A stretch of 64,000 nucleotides of DNA from Dehalococcoidia bacterium (GTDB lineage: Bacteria > Chloroflexota > Dehalococcoidia > Plut-88900): positions 154,546 to 218,545 of the forward strand of contig CBDBLV010000003.1 in assembly GCA_965207225.1 (NCBI GenBank). Direction: 5' to 3'. A program made the translations under genes and the position numbers. Below, piece by piece: positions 1 to 8,181 of this stretch. The notes under the pieces are model-generated. The model was not told the DNA's origin. It saw only the letters and a list, made by a program, of their open reading frames with translations, and did not search any database. The stretch's first letter is position 1. Each line of letters starts with the position of its first letter.

Positions 1-648
1 GGTGACCGTTGCGAAGACCGTGTTGTCGGAGGCAAAGTCGGGGGAGAACACGACGTGAGAGGCGGCTGGGGCCTCGCTCTGAAATCCGCTGTTGACGTTG
101 GCCCAGCTAGAACCCCGGTCACCGCTCCGGTACAGACCCCCAGACAGCGCCGCAATGGCGATACCATCTGAGCCAAAGGTGGGGGACGCGGCCAGGTGCT
201 TTACGCCGCGATTTGCAGGGAGGCCTTCGCTGGCCTCTTCCCATGTCGAGGCCCCGTCCCGGGACACGAATATCCCCTGCGGGGTCCCCGCAAAGACCAC
301 GTTATTGTCCCCCTCAATCGAGACCGGTGCCAGCACGTCAACGTTCACCGCCCCCAGCCCCGTGTTCACCTGCTCCCAGGACCCGCCCGCATTCTCCGAC
401 CTGAACACCCCGATGGGGGTGTAGTTGTACAGGGTTGAGTCTTCAGTCCAGCGCGGAGAGATGACTAGCCCCTGGAAACCGGGTAAATCCTCCAGGTTGG
501 TCGACGGTGTCTCCCTATAGTCCCGGGGAGCGGTCCAGGGGGCCAGGGCGCCGCCCACATAGAGAATTACTATCAGGATCAGCGCCCCGAAAGCCACCTT
601 CTTGCGCCGGAGTCGCGCCCAGGCCTGCGCCCAGGGTCCGCCCCGCAT
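1..648 (-). CDS. BNR/Asp-box repeat (Ycf48/sialidase-like beta-propeller) protein with N-terminal membrane anchor; C-terminal part runs off the left edge
   Basis: Own translation of the minus strand from ATG at 648: MRGGPWAQAWARLRRKKVAFGALILIVILYVGG (hydrophobic anchor), then three Asp-box motifs (SENAGGSWEQV, SRDGASTWEEA, SGDRGSSWANV). The frame is open to position 1. It is absent from the ORF track because there is no stop in the window. Confidence 0.6.
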   Translation of the reverse strand, partial: MRGGPWAQAWARLRRKKVAFGALILIVILYVGGALAPWTAPRDYRETPSTNLEDLPGFQGLVISPRWTEDSTLYNYTPIGVFRSENAGGSWEQVNTGLGAVNVDVLAPVSIEGDNNVVFAGTPQGIFVSRDGASTWEEASEGLPANRGVKHLAASPTFGSDGIAIAALSGGLYRSGDRGSSWANVNSGFQSEAPAASHVVFSPDFASDNTVFATVT

Positions 649-721
649 CTGCGCATCGTCGGAAGAGTCCCGTCGGCCCCTCCGGAAGAGACCCCACACC
701 CGACCCAGCACCTGTAGAAGG

Positions 722-1651
722 CTAGTCATACTTGATCCTCGGGTCCAGGAACGCGTAGAGGACGTCGACGAGGAGGTTGGCCAAAACGAAGGAAACGGAT
801 ATCAACAGAACAAGCGCCATGATTACCGGAAAGTCCCGATTGAATATCGAATCAACAGCCAGCCTTCCTATCCCCGGGATCCCGTAAAGTTGCTCCGTAA
901 TAAACGCCCCCGTCACCAGGTCTCCAAGCGAAAGCCCGACAACCGTGACTATGGGAATGATGGAGTTACGTGCAATGTGCCGGCGACGCACCGTCCACTC
1001 TTTCAGCCCCTTGGCCCGAGCCGTGCGGATGTAGTCCTGGCCCAGGACGTCCAGCGTGCTCGCCCTCATCAGCCGGGTTAGGACCGCTATGCCCGGCACC
1101 CCCATCACCAGGGCCGGCATCAGGATCCGCATATCGAAAAAGCCCCCCCACCCCCCGCTGGGAAGGACGTCCAGCCAGACCACGAATATCAGCGCCAGGA
1201 TAGGCGCGGTCACCAGCACGGGAATCGATACAAAAAAGAGCGTGGTCGCCACTATTACGGGGTCGACCCACCTCCCCTGGTTCAGCGCTGCAATGAGCCC
1301 TAGCGGCACCCCTCCCATCACCGAGACTATCATCGCCGCCAGCCCCAACTGCGCCGACACCCAAATCTTGCCCGCGATCAGGCTGGACACCCGCTCTCCG
1401 CGGAAGGTGAAGCTCTCGCCCAGGTCTCCCTGTACCGCATTCCAAACGTACCTGCCGTACTGCACGAAGAACGGGTCGTCCAGGCCGCGTTGCTCCTTGA
1501 TTCGGGCAATGACTTCCGGGTCTCGGTGCTGGCCCGCCAGGACCGACACCGGGTCCCCCGGCCCGTAGGTGCCCAGCGCGAACGTGACGAAGGAAACTAC
1601 AAGTAATACAACGGGCACCCAAAGCATCCTTCGAAGGATGTAGGCCTTCAT
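722..1651 (-). CDS. ABC transporter permease, peptide/nickel (DppB/OppB) family
   Basis: 309-aa multi-TM ORF with an MKAYILRRMLW..FALGTYGPGDPV N-terminus and the YIRTARAKGL signature region typical of DppB/OppB permeases. Confidence 0.9.
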   Translation of the reverse strand: MKAYILRRMLWVPVVLLVVSFVTFALGTYGPGDPVSVLAGQHRDPEVIARIKEQRGLDDPFFVQYGRYVWNAVQGDLGESFTFRGERVSSLIAGKIWVSAQLGLAAMIVSVMGGVPLGLIAALNQGRWVDPVIVATTLFFVSIPVLVTAPILALIFVVWLDVLPSGGWGGFFDMRILMPALVMGVPGIAVLTRLMRASTLDVLGQDYIRTARAKGLKEWTVRRRHIARNSIIPIVTVVGLSLGDLVTGAFITEQLYGIPGIGRLAVDSIFNRDFPVIMALVLLISVSFVLANLLVDVLYAFLDPRIKYD

Positions 1652-1723
1652 CTACGCCTCCGGTAGTTGGATAGTGCCCTCCTACCGAACACCGAATAAC
1701 CGATGTCTACCTTAGATGAGATC

Positions 1724-2131
1724 TTAGACCTCGCGCCAACCCGAGCCTCTCGCGAGGTCTAGAGCGTACTGCTTCTGCTTTTCCCTATCATTAGCAACAC
1801 TGGCGGGTAGAACAATGTCCGCGTGATAGGGGTTCTCATCGCCAATGGGGGAAGCAACTACTGTACGGCCTTTTTTACTGACTGCTTCGGCCGTTACGGT
1901 CGCCCATCCGCAAAACTCACCTTCCCGGTTTGCAGCCCGCCTCCGGGCTATTGCAATGGCTTCATCTGGTGGAGCAACACTCAATCTATCGACCGAAATG
2001 CTCGTCTGTCCTATCGGGGGTAGAAAAACACTGTAAGGCACACGACCTTTGCTCGCCCGCCTGGCTGCTCTTGCTGAATAGATGCCCCGACCCAACTCTT
2101 CCCACTCGGCAACAATGTCAGGGACTGGCAT
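1724..2131 (-). CDS. hypothetical protein (135 aa), second gene of an unknown two-gene module
   Basis: ATG ORF starting 5 nt after the stop of 2137-2544. Basic protein with GWATVTAE and ENPYHADIVLP segments. I recognise no family. Confidence 0.5.
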   Translation of the reverse strand: MPVPDIVAEWEELGRGIYSARAARRASKGRVPYSVFLPPIGQTSISVDRLSVAPPDEAIAIARRRAANREGEFCGWATVTAEAVSKKGRTVVASPIGDENPYHADIVLPASVANDREKQKQYALDLARGSGWREV

Positions 2132-2136
2132 ATAAG

Positions 2137-2544
2137 CTAGCCGGGCGCCTGCTCCAGAGAGTAAAACTCTTTAACCAGGGATTCGTCCGGGAGATCTTCG
2201 GTTGACGGGTACCTGCGGATGCGTTGCTCGTCATTAATGTGTACCAGGCAGAGGACCTCGCCCGCAGGCTCGCACAGGACCAACACCGCAGACCCTCGGT
2301 CATTTCGTGCATCGATAGCGACTTCGCCATCTGGGTTAGGATACACCTCAAAGCGATGAGGCCAGACAACGTAAAGTTTTCTCAAGAGCTGCTCGGACCT
2401 ATCAAGCAATTCCTGGTCGGGTATGGGGAACCCGTCCTCCCGAGCCTCTTCACACGCGTCCGCAAGGTCCGCTAGCGCATCCGCGAGGTCCTGTGGAGTG
2501 CCGTTGGAATCTTCCCCTACGTTCTGTATTGTACGCTCGCGCAT
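2137..2544 (-). CDS. hypothetical acidic protein (135 aa), first gene of an unknown two-gene module
   Basis: ATG preceded by GGAG 5 nt upstream. Acidic helical N-terminus (DLADALADLADACEEARED) and a beta-rich C-terminal half. I recognise no family. Confidence 0.5.
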   Translation of the reverse strand: MRERTIQNVGEDSNGTPQDLADALADLADACEEAREDGFPIPDQELLDRSEQLLRKLYVVWPHRFEVYPNPDGEVAIDARNDRGSAVLVLCEPAGEVLCLVHINDEQRIRRYPSTEDLPDESLVKEFYSLEQAPG

Positions 2545-2625
2545 GACGTCTCCAGCGCTGTAGCCCGACCCCTTCAGGAATCGGACTACAGCTTACCACA
2601 CGCCCCCGATTCAACCTTGTCGCGC

Positions 2626-4416
2626 CTACTCCGACTCTATGTGTATAAACCTCAGCTTCGATATCGGAAGCGGCGAGAGCACGTAGCCCTTGATGTGCGG
2701 CTTTATCAGCACGTACCGGTCACCTTCGTACCAGCGGGGGATCCAGGGCACGTCGCTGACTATCAGCTGCTCGGCTTCCTGGTAGAGCGCTATCCGGGTC
2801 TCGACGTCCTTCTCCGTCCGCGCCTGCTCTAGCAAACCGTCCACCTGTGAGTTGGAGTAGCCCGTATGGTTGTTGGCGCTCTCCGAATGGAACAGGATGT
2901 CCAGGAAGTTCTGCGGGTCCGGGTAGTCCGCCACCCACCCGAGGGTGAACATCTGGTACCGACGCCTGTCAACGTCGTTCAGGAACGTCGCAAACTCCGA
3001 CTGCTGCACCTCCACGTTTACCCCCAGCAGCTCCTGCCACACGGCCAGGATGACCTCCGTGTCGAGACCCACCGCCCCTCCGCCCCCCGGCACCGACAGA
3101 ATAATGGTCGGCAGTTCGGCCGCGGCCAGCCTCGAGGCCTCTGCGAGCGCAATCAGCCGGCTCTCGTCGTCCGTTGCTGCATCAGCCTGGGCAACGAAGC
3201 CCGCTACCTCGGGGATCGCCCGACCATAGCTCGAATCCGCCAGCGACCTCATGGCCGTCTCGATATCGTATCGAAGTCCCAGTAGGTTCTGGTTGTGGCC
3301 CGGGAACCCCGGCGGCAGGATGCCGTAAGCCGGCACCACCAGGTTCGAGAGCACGGCCTCCGCTATCAACTCCTTGTTGATGGCCAGAGCCAGTGCCTGC
3401 CGCACCTTTGGATCGTCGAATGGCGCCATCTGGGTGTTGAATCCGAAATAGCTGACGCTGTAGTCCGGCGGCGCGATCTGGAGGTCCCGGTTGATGGGCT
3501 CGGTCGGGTCCAGGACTCGGTCGATGTCCGCAAGCCCCACGCCCGTGAAATCTATCTCATCGTTCTCGTACATCGTCATCCCGACTCCCCCGCTCAGGAT
3601 CAGGTTGACGGCGTTCAGGTGGGCCGGCTCCCGGTAGTAGAGGTCGTTCCTCTCCAGCCGGATCCTCTCCCCAATCTCCCATTCCGTCAGCCGGAACGGG
3701 CCCGTGGCGTTGGGTCTCGACGTCCAGTCGGCCCCCGACTCCACATTCTCCTGGTCAACCACGAATGCCGTCGGATACGTGAGCTTGGCCAGGAAATAAG
3801 GCTTCGGAGCATCGATGGTGATTTCCAGGGTGTAGTCGTCCAGCACCCGTATGCCGGTTACATTGTCGGCGGCGCCCCTCAGCTTCGCCGAAGCCCCGAC
3901 TATGTCGTTCAAATAGAGGTCCGCAACCGTCGACTCCGTCCTCGGGTCCAGGGCCCGCTCCATGGAGTACTTGAAGTCGTGGGCCGTAACGTCCTTGCCG
4001 TCGTGGAACTTGACATCCTGTCGGAGATAGAACGTGAAAGTCCGTTCGTCGTTGCTGATGTCCCACCTCTCGGCGATGTCCGGGACGATATTGAGGTCCG
4101 GATCAATGGTCACTAGACCGCTGAACACCTCTATCACGACAAAAGCGGAACTGGTGTCCGAGGTCAGGGCAGGGTCGAGGGTCGGTGGATCTGAAAACAG
4201 ACGCGTAAATTCGCCCCCCGACCCCGTGGAAGCGGAGTCGGTGGATTCCGCCGGAGCTTCGGATGGGGTGGTGGGGACTGGGGTGGGGGTCGGCTGGAGG
4301 GTGGGGCCCTCGTCACCGCCTCCGCAAGCGACTGCTACCAGCAGGGCAACAAGTGCAAGGGCCAGTGTTAACAATATGGTATTTCGACGCATTACTCTCC
4401 TCATCACGTCAAGCAC
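2626..4416 (-). CDS. ABC transporter substrate-binding lipoprotein, family 5 (DppA/OppA-like peptide/nickel binding)
   Basis: 596 aa. Signal peptide with lipobox LLVAVAC-GGG, a Thr/Pro linker, then the typical SBP_bac_5 core (FTRLFSDPPTLDPA, WDISNDERTFTFYLRQDVKFHDG). Confidence 0.9.
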   Translation of the reverse strand: MLDVMRRVMRRNTILLTLALALVALLVAVACGGGDEGPTLQPTPTPVPTTPSEAPAESTDSASTGSGGEFTRLFSDPPTLDPALTSDTSSAFVVIEVFSGLVTIDPDLNIVPDIAERWDISNDERTFTFYLRQDVKFHDGKDVTAHDFKYSMERALDPRTESTVADLYLNDIVGASAKLRGAADNVTGIRVLDDYTLEITIDAPKPYFLAKLTYPTAFVVDQENVESGADWTSRPNATGPFRLTEWEIGERIRLERNDLYYREPAHLNAVNLILSGGVGMTMYENDEIDFTGVGLADIDRVLDPTEPINRDLQIAPPDYSVSYFGFNTQMAPFDDPKVRQALALAINKELIAEAVLSNLVVPAYGILPPGFPGHNQNLLGLRYDIETAMRSLADSSYGRAIPEVAGFVAQADAATDDESRLIALAEASRLAAAELPTIILSVPGGGGAVGLDTEVILAVWQELLGVNVEVQQSEFATFLNDVDRRRYQMFTLGWVADYPDPQNFLDILFHSESANNHTGYSNSQVDGLLEQARTEKDVETRIALYQEAEQLIVSDVPWIPRWYEGDRYVLIKPHIKGYVLSPLPISKLRFIHIESE

Positions 4417-4576
4417 GAGACTGGGGGTCCCGCTGTTTGGCTATAGTAGCCACAAGGATATTCGGTATCAAGGTTAGTGGCTTCAAGTAAATAAACGCAC
4501 AACGCCAGGGAAAGTTACCTCGACTGTAGAGGTAGAACGAACCCCCTTAACCACCCTACCCCCCGACCCCCCTCCC

Positions 4577-4782
4577 ATTCCGATGCCCCGCGAGGAATCT
4601 AACGCGCCAGCCCACCAAGCACCCCCATCATCCCCGCCCACCCTATGCCGTCATTCCTGCGGAGGCAGGAATCCATCCCTCCTGAATAATCACCTCCAAC
4701 TCCGCAACTCACCCCACCCCCGACTCCACACATTCCCACTCCGAGACCCCGCGAGGAATCTAAGGCGTCTCTGCCACTAAGC
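4577..4782. repeat. REP-like hairpin repeat cluster (family 1: GTCATTCC..GGAATCC and CCCCGCGAGGAATCTAA units)
   Basis: attccgatgccccgcgaggaatctaa (4577-4602), gtcattcctgcggaggcaggaatccatccctcc (4650-4682) and ccccgcgaggaatctaag (about 4748). Related copies occur at 7753, 7858, 12625, 13447, 13672, 49163, 50637 and 62102. Confidence 0.7.
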
Positions 4783-4785
4783 GCT

Positions 4786-5136
4786 CTAGTCCAAGATCAG
4801 AGCTATGATCTGAACGATGACACTCGCGAAGGCAAGCACACCCGTGATCGTGGCTATGGATACTGCGAACCAGTTTTTCTTAAGCCAGACTCTCTTAGGA
4901 TATTTGAGCTGCTCTAAATAATTAAGCCCTTTAAGAGTTGTACGGGCATTGTCTGGGTCTACATATCCTGCGCGGCTCAAGAGATAGAAGGCATACTCAT
5001 GCTGGAATCGCACAAAGGCCTTGAAATGCACCTCTGTCGCAGCGTCCAGAACCTTTATCATCTCCTCTTTAAGCTGGTTATTTATACCGCTCACCCGCAA
5101 CATTCTCCACTCAATTTTCTGGCCAATGTGAATCAA
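4786..5136 (-). CDS. hypothetical tail-anchored membrane protein (105-116 aa)
   Basis: Low-GC ORF on the same strand as, and directly after, 5111-5536. It ends in one hydrophobic helix (WFAVSIATITGVLAFASVIVQIIALIL). The start is ambiguous: TTG at 5136 or ATG at 5103. Confidence 0.45.
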   Translation of the reverse strand: MIHIGQKIEWRMLRVSGINNQLKEEMIKVLDAATEVHFKAFVRFQHEYAFYLLSRAGYVDPDNARTTLKGLNYLEQLKYPKRVWLKKNWFAVSIATITGVLAFASVIVQIIALILD

Positions 5137-5536
5137 GATTTTGAACTACCGCGCGAAAACCCTCTAACGCGTCGTTTTTCTTGGAAGACTCCTCAGCAGA
5201 GTCATTCCTGGCTTCACCTATTTCAGTATCTTGAAATATTGACACAAGGAATAATGTGGTCTCAGCCTCGCGAAGTTTAGGTAGCACGAAACTCCTAACC
5301 CCTGCACCTGTAACCTTATCTAAAGTTTGCAGAGAGTAAGTCAAGGCCATCATCAATGCCGTGACTTGCCCATCCAAATACCCTATACGGTCCAAGTTAT
5401 CGGCCGTTGACTTAACCAGCATTTTATTTGTTTCTATGAGTTTCCTTATGACTTCCTCAGTATCAGATAATGCTACCTTGTTTTCCAAAGTCATCTTCTT
5501 GGTTTCTAGTAGCTCTAGACGGTCATTCATATCCAT
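5111..5536 (-). CDS. hypothetical helical/coiled-coil protein (141 aa)
   Basis: ATG at 5536 preceded by AAGGAG 5 nt upstream, only 15 nt after the MTase-HNH stop. Low GC, with heptad-like charged/hydrophobic pattern. I recognise no family. Confidence 0.5.
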   Translation of the reverse strand: MDMNDRLELLETKKMTLENKVALSDTEEVIRKLIETNKMLVKSTADNLDRIGYLDGQVTALMMALTYSLQTLDKVTGAGVRSFVLPKLREAETTLFLVSIFQDTEIGEARNDSAEESSKKNDALEGFRAVVQNLDSHWPEN

Positions 5537-5551
5537 GATTTCTCCTTATTC

Positions 5552-6934
5552 CTAGCCCCCCAACCTCGCCACCAGATAAGCCATATCCCGATCCCCCTTG
5601 ATCCGGTTGCAATTCGGGCACAATAGCTGCAGATTGTCCGGGTGGTCCGACCCCCCACGACTCCTCGGCACCACGTGGTCCACCTCCATGATCCTGAACA
5701 GAAACTCCACCTTGCACCCCGCACACCTCCCCTCCTGCCGACCAAACAGCACGTGCTTCTGCTTCCGATACGGTATCGGCGCATCGATATCCGTCCGACG
5801 CGGGATGTCCGTCCGGGCCGTCACCAGCCGTTCATGGAACAGGTCTCCCATGAACTCCCGCAGCCGCATGTTCACCAATTCGACAGCCTTCTCTGAGATA
5901 TCGATCCCCACCCACTTCCTCCCCAGCTTCTCCGCCGCTACGCAAGCCGTCGCACACCCGCAAAACGGGTCCAGCACCACATCCCCCTCATTCGACGATG
6001 CTGAGATGATACGCTCCAACAGGGCGAGCGGCTTCTGGGTAGGGTAGCCTGTTCGCTCTTTTGCGTGGGGTTGGACAGGCCTTATATCTGTCCACTGATC
6101 TTGTAGAGGGACTCCGGGCATTTCATCGAGATACCGTTTGTATTGAGGCACAGCACCTGGTTTAGTTTGGACTATGCGGCCCTCCTTAATGAGTTGTGCC
6201 ATCCGTTCTTCACTGTATCGCCAATATCTGGTAACTCCCATTACCTCATATATGGGGTTGCCCTTTGCGGCCCCACCTGGCCCCGTTAAATCCCCTAACC
6301 GATATCTTCTGCCAGTTTCAGGCTCTACGTGACGATAGAAACGGTCTACATAGTCCTCGTCGTATTCGGTATAGAGTGGGTTCCACGTCCAGTTATTGCC
6401 ATTAGAGTAGAAGAGCAGCGAGTCGCGTATGCGTCCGTGTTGTCGTCGGCCTTGCTTGGTGTCACTGTGGGCACTACTCCGTTTCCAAGATATGTCACTC
6501 AGGAAGTTCCTCATCCCAAATATCGAATCCATCAACAACTTCAGGTAGTGCCCCGCTGTAGGGTCGCAGTGCAGGTATATCGACCCCGTACCTTTCAACA
6601 CCCGGCGCATCTCCAGCAGCCGCACCGCCATCATGCACAGGTAGGACTGCATCCCCTTTCCGTGCGTCAGCCTCGCCGTCTCTATCACCTTGTACATCGC
6701 CGGCTGCTCATCCGCTATCAGCCCCATCCACGCCGTGTCCAGGTCCGACAGCGTCCACGTGTCCTTGAACGCCGCCCCCGCCGCCCGCGACCCGACCGGC
6801 GCAGCATAGTTCCGGTTCGAATTGAACGGCGGATCGAGATATATCAAATCCACCGACTCGGAGTTCAACCCCCTCAAAATATCGAGGTTGTCCCCCGTCC
6901 AGATCGTCTTGTCCACAAAATTCGCTTCAGCCAT
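5552..6934 (-). CDS. beta-class N6-adenine/N4-cytosine DNA methyltransferase fused to a C-terminal HNH endonuclease domain
   Basis: Motif IV DPPFNSNRNY near the N-terminus, SIYLHCD, and motif I VVLDPFCGCATACVAAEKLGRKWVGIDI near residue 325 (order IV then I means beta class). C-terminal HNH finger: CAGC..EVDHVVPRSRGGSDHPDNLQLLCPNCN. Confidence 0.85.
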   Translation of the reverse strand: MAEANFVDKTIWTGDNLDILRGLNSESVDLIYLDPPFNSNRNYAAPVGSRAAGAAFKDTWTLSDLDTAWMGLIADEQPAMYKVIETARLTHGKGMQSYLCMMAVRLLEMRRVLKGTGSIYLHCDPTAGHYLKLLMDSIFGMRNFLSDISWKRSSAHSDTKQGRRQHGRIRDSLLFYSNGNNWTWNPLYTEYDEDYVDRFYRHVEPETGRRYRLGDLTGPGGAAKGNPIYEVMGVTRYWRYSEERMAQLIKEGRIVQTKPGAVPQYKRYLDEMPGVPLQDQWTDIRPVQPHAKERTGYPTQKPLALLERIISASSNEGDVVLDPFCGCATACVAAEKLGRKWVGIDISEKAVELVNMRLREFMGDLFHERLVTARTDIPRRTDIDAPIPYRKQKHVLFGRQEGRCAGCKVEFLFRIMEVDHVVPRSRGGSDHPDNLQLLCPNCNRIKGDRDMAYLVARLGG

Positions 6935-7096
6935 GCCGTCCAGTTTACTGAAACAAGGCTATACCCTCAAAGCCCCTACCTCCCATCTTCCCCACCCCCG
7001 ACCTGGAATCCATCCCTCCCTTCAAGAAATCAAAGTAATCCCTTAATCCCATAAATCACAGTTCAGACATTCCCCAAAAAAGCCGCACATTTGCTC

Positions 7097-7125
7097 TTGA
7101 CACACCTGTCCGATCGTACTATCAT
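7097..7125 (+). promoter_or_regulatory. near-consensus sigma70-type promoter (TTGACA-17-TATCAT) with no ORF behind it
   Basis: TTGACA at 7097-7102, a 17-nt spacer, TATCAT at 7120-7125. AAAGGAGG lies at 7161-7168 but no ATG/GTG/TTG follows within 15 nt. Confidence 0.4.
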
Positions 7126-7354
7126 ATCCTGCGTTCGATCGAACACTAACTCACATCATCAAAGGAGGAACCAAAAACCCAGGGAAGCCCCGAGACCCGA
7201 CCGAGGACTCAACGCCCTAGCCCATCCCAAGACCTCTCCCCTCTCTTGCAGGGGCGACCGGCCAATCGCCCCCCTCGCGAGACAGGCAGGTTGCGGCACA
7301 AGCGAACAGCGCCATCTCCTCACCACAGGCCCCGTGCCCCTTCCCTGACACCCA

Positions 7355-7659
7355 GGCGATGGAAAGACGTTCTGGCCTAAGCTGTTCCCGTTAGGCCTAA
7401 CCCCGCATTAGCGGGCCCAGGCCTTGCCCCAGGCGCGTTGGTGGCGCGCCAAGTGGGCCGGCGCCGATATGGCGTCCGGCGGCAGTAACCTTTCGTTCCT
7501 GCTCACCACAGGAGCAGGTATGGCCGTGACCCAATTAAACACGGCTGATAGCATTTCATTCCTTCGGCCCCTGGGCCGGTGCGCCTCCCCTGGGCGCATG
7601 TCTAAAATCTGCCCGAATGGGAACAGGGGCACAGCCTCCGGCCAGCGTCTTCCATCGCC
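7355..7659. repeat. hairpin-dense element bounded by terminal inverted repeats (core GGCGATGGAAG); candidate MITE or structured RNA, copy 1
   Basis: GGCGATGGAAAGACG..CTGGCC (7355-7377) pairs with GGCCAGCGTCTTCCATCGCC (7640-7659). The interior contains at least 6 local GC-rich hairpins. Copy 2 is at 12782-13137. Confidence 0.4.
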
Positions 7660-7752
7660 GACCCAGAACCCAGTAGCCAGAACAAAATGAATACCCAACC
7701 CCCACAAACCAACAACCCAAAATCCCTCACCACCATTCCCGCTCTTTATATC

Positions 7753-7892
7753 GTCATTCCCGAGGAAAGCCTGCCCCCGAGAAGTCGGGGGGGAATCCAT
7801 CCCTCCGAAACAATCACCCACAACCCCGCAGTTCACCCCATCCCCTCCCTTCCTTATCCGTCATTCCGGCCCCCGAGCCGGAATCCATCCCC
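7753..7892. repeat. REP-like hairpins, family 1 (two copies)
   Basis: gtcattcccgaggaaagcctgcccccgagaagtcgggggggaatccatccctcc (7753-7806) and ccgtcattccggcccccgagccggaatccatcccc (7858-7892). Confidence 0.7.
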
Positions 7893-7975
7893 GGTGCATG
7901 GGGTGAGGGTTCCGCCCTCCCGTTCCTTAAACAATCAAAGCCGTGCCTGAAACTGCAAAACAATCAAAGACCCGC

Positions 7976-8075
7976 CACGCGAAATCCCCAGAAATCCCTT
8001 CAGGCGTCATTCAATCAAAACAGCTACGAGTTCAATCAATGTTCAATCAAACTCAATCATATTCAATCCACCTTC
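7976..8075 (+). promoter_or_regulatory. about 90-bp promoter-proximal element with phased TCAATCA heptads, copy A (upstream of the DUF35 gene)
   Basis: cacgcgaaatccccagaaatccc..ttcaatcaaaacagctacgagttcaatcaatgttcaatcaaactcaatcatattcaatccaccttcaatca. It is nearly identical to the reverse complement of 12325-12413. Confidence 0.5.
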
Positions 8076-8116
8076 AATCATCTTTCCCGGTGGCAGGTCG
8101 GGCCCGTTCCCTCACG

Positions 8117-8146
8117 TTGACACCCGACACGGCGGAGCGATAGCAT
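8117..8146 (+). promoter_or_regulatory. putative sigma70-type promoter of the DUF35/thiolase operon (TTGACA-18-TAGCAT)
   Basis: TTGACA at 8117-8122, TAGCAT at 8141-8146. GGAGG lies just upstream of the GTG start at 8182. Confidence 0.45.
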
Positions 8147-8181
8147 AGGCTCCTACTCGATCCCCACCCACACCCACGGAG

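Noticed and set aside
7408-7836. 142-aa minus-strand ORF in the 6935-8181 non-coding tract
   Set aside because: It overlaps the TIR-bounded element and family-1 REP hairpins. Low-complexity Gly/Trp/Arg composition, with no SD or family signal.
4417-8181. Whether the MTase cassette is a classical integrative island or prophage remnant
   Set aside because: I could not find an integrase, tRNA gene, phage structural gene or direct att-like repeats at its borders. Only REP clusters flank it, so it is reported simply as a low-GC cassette.
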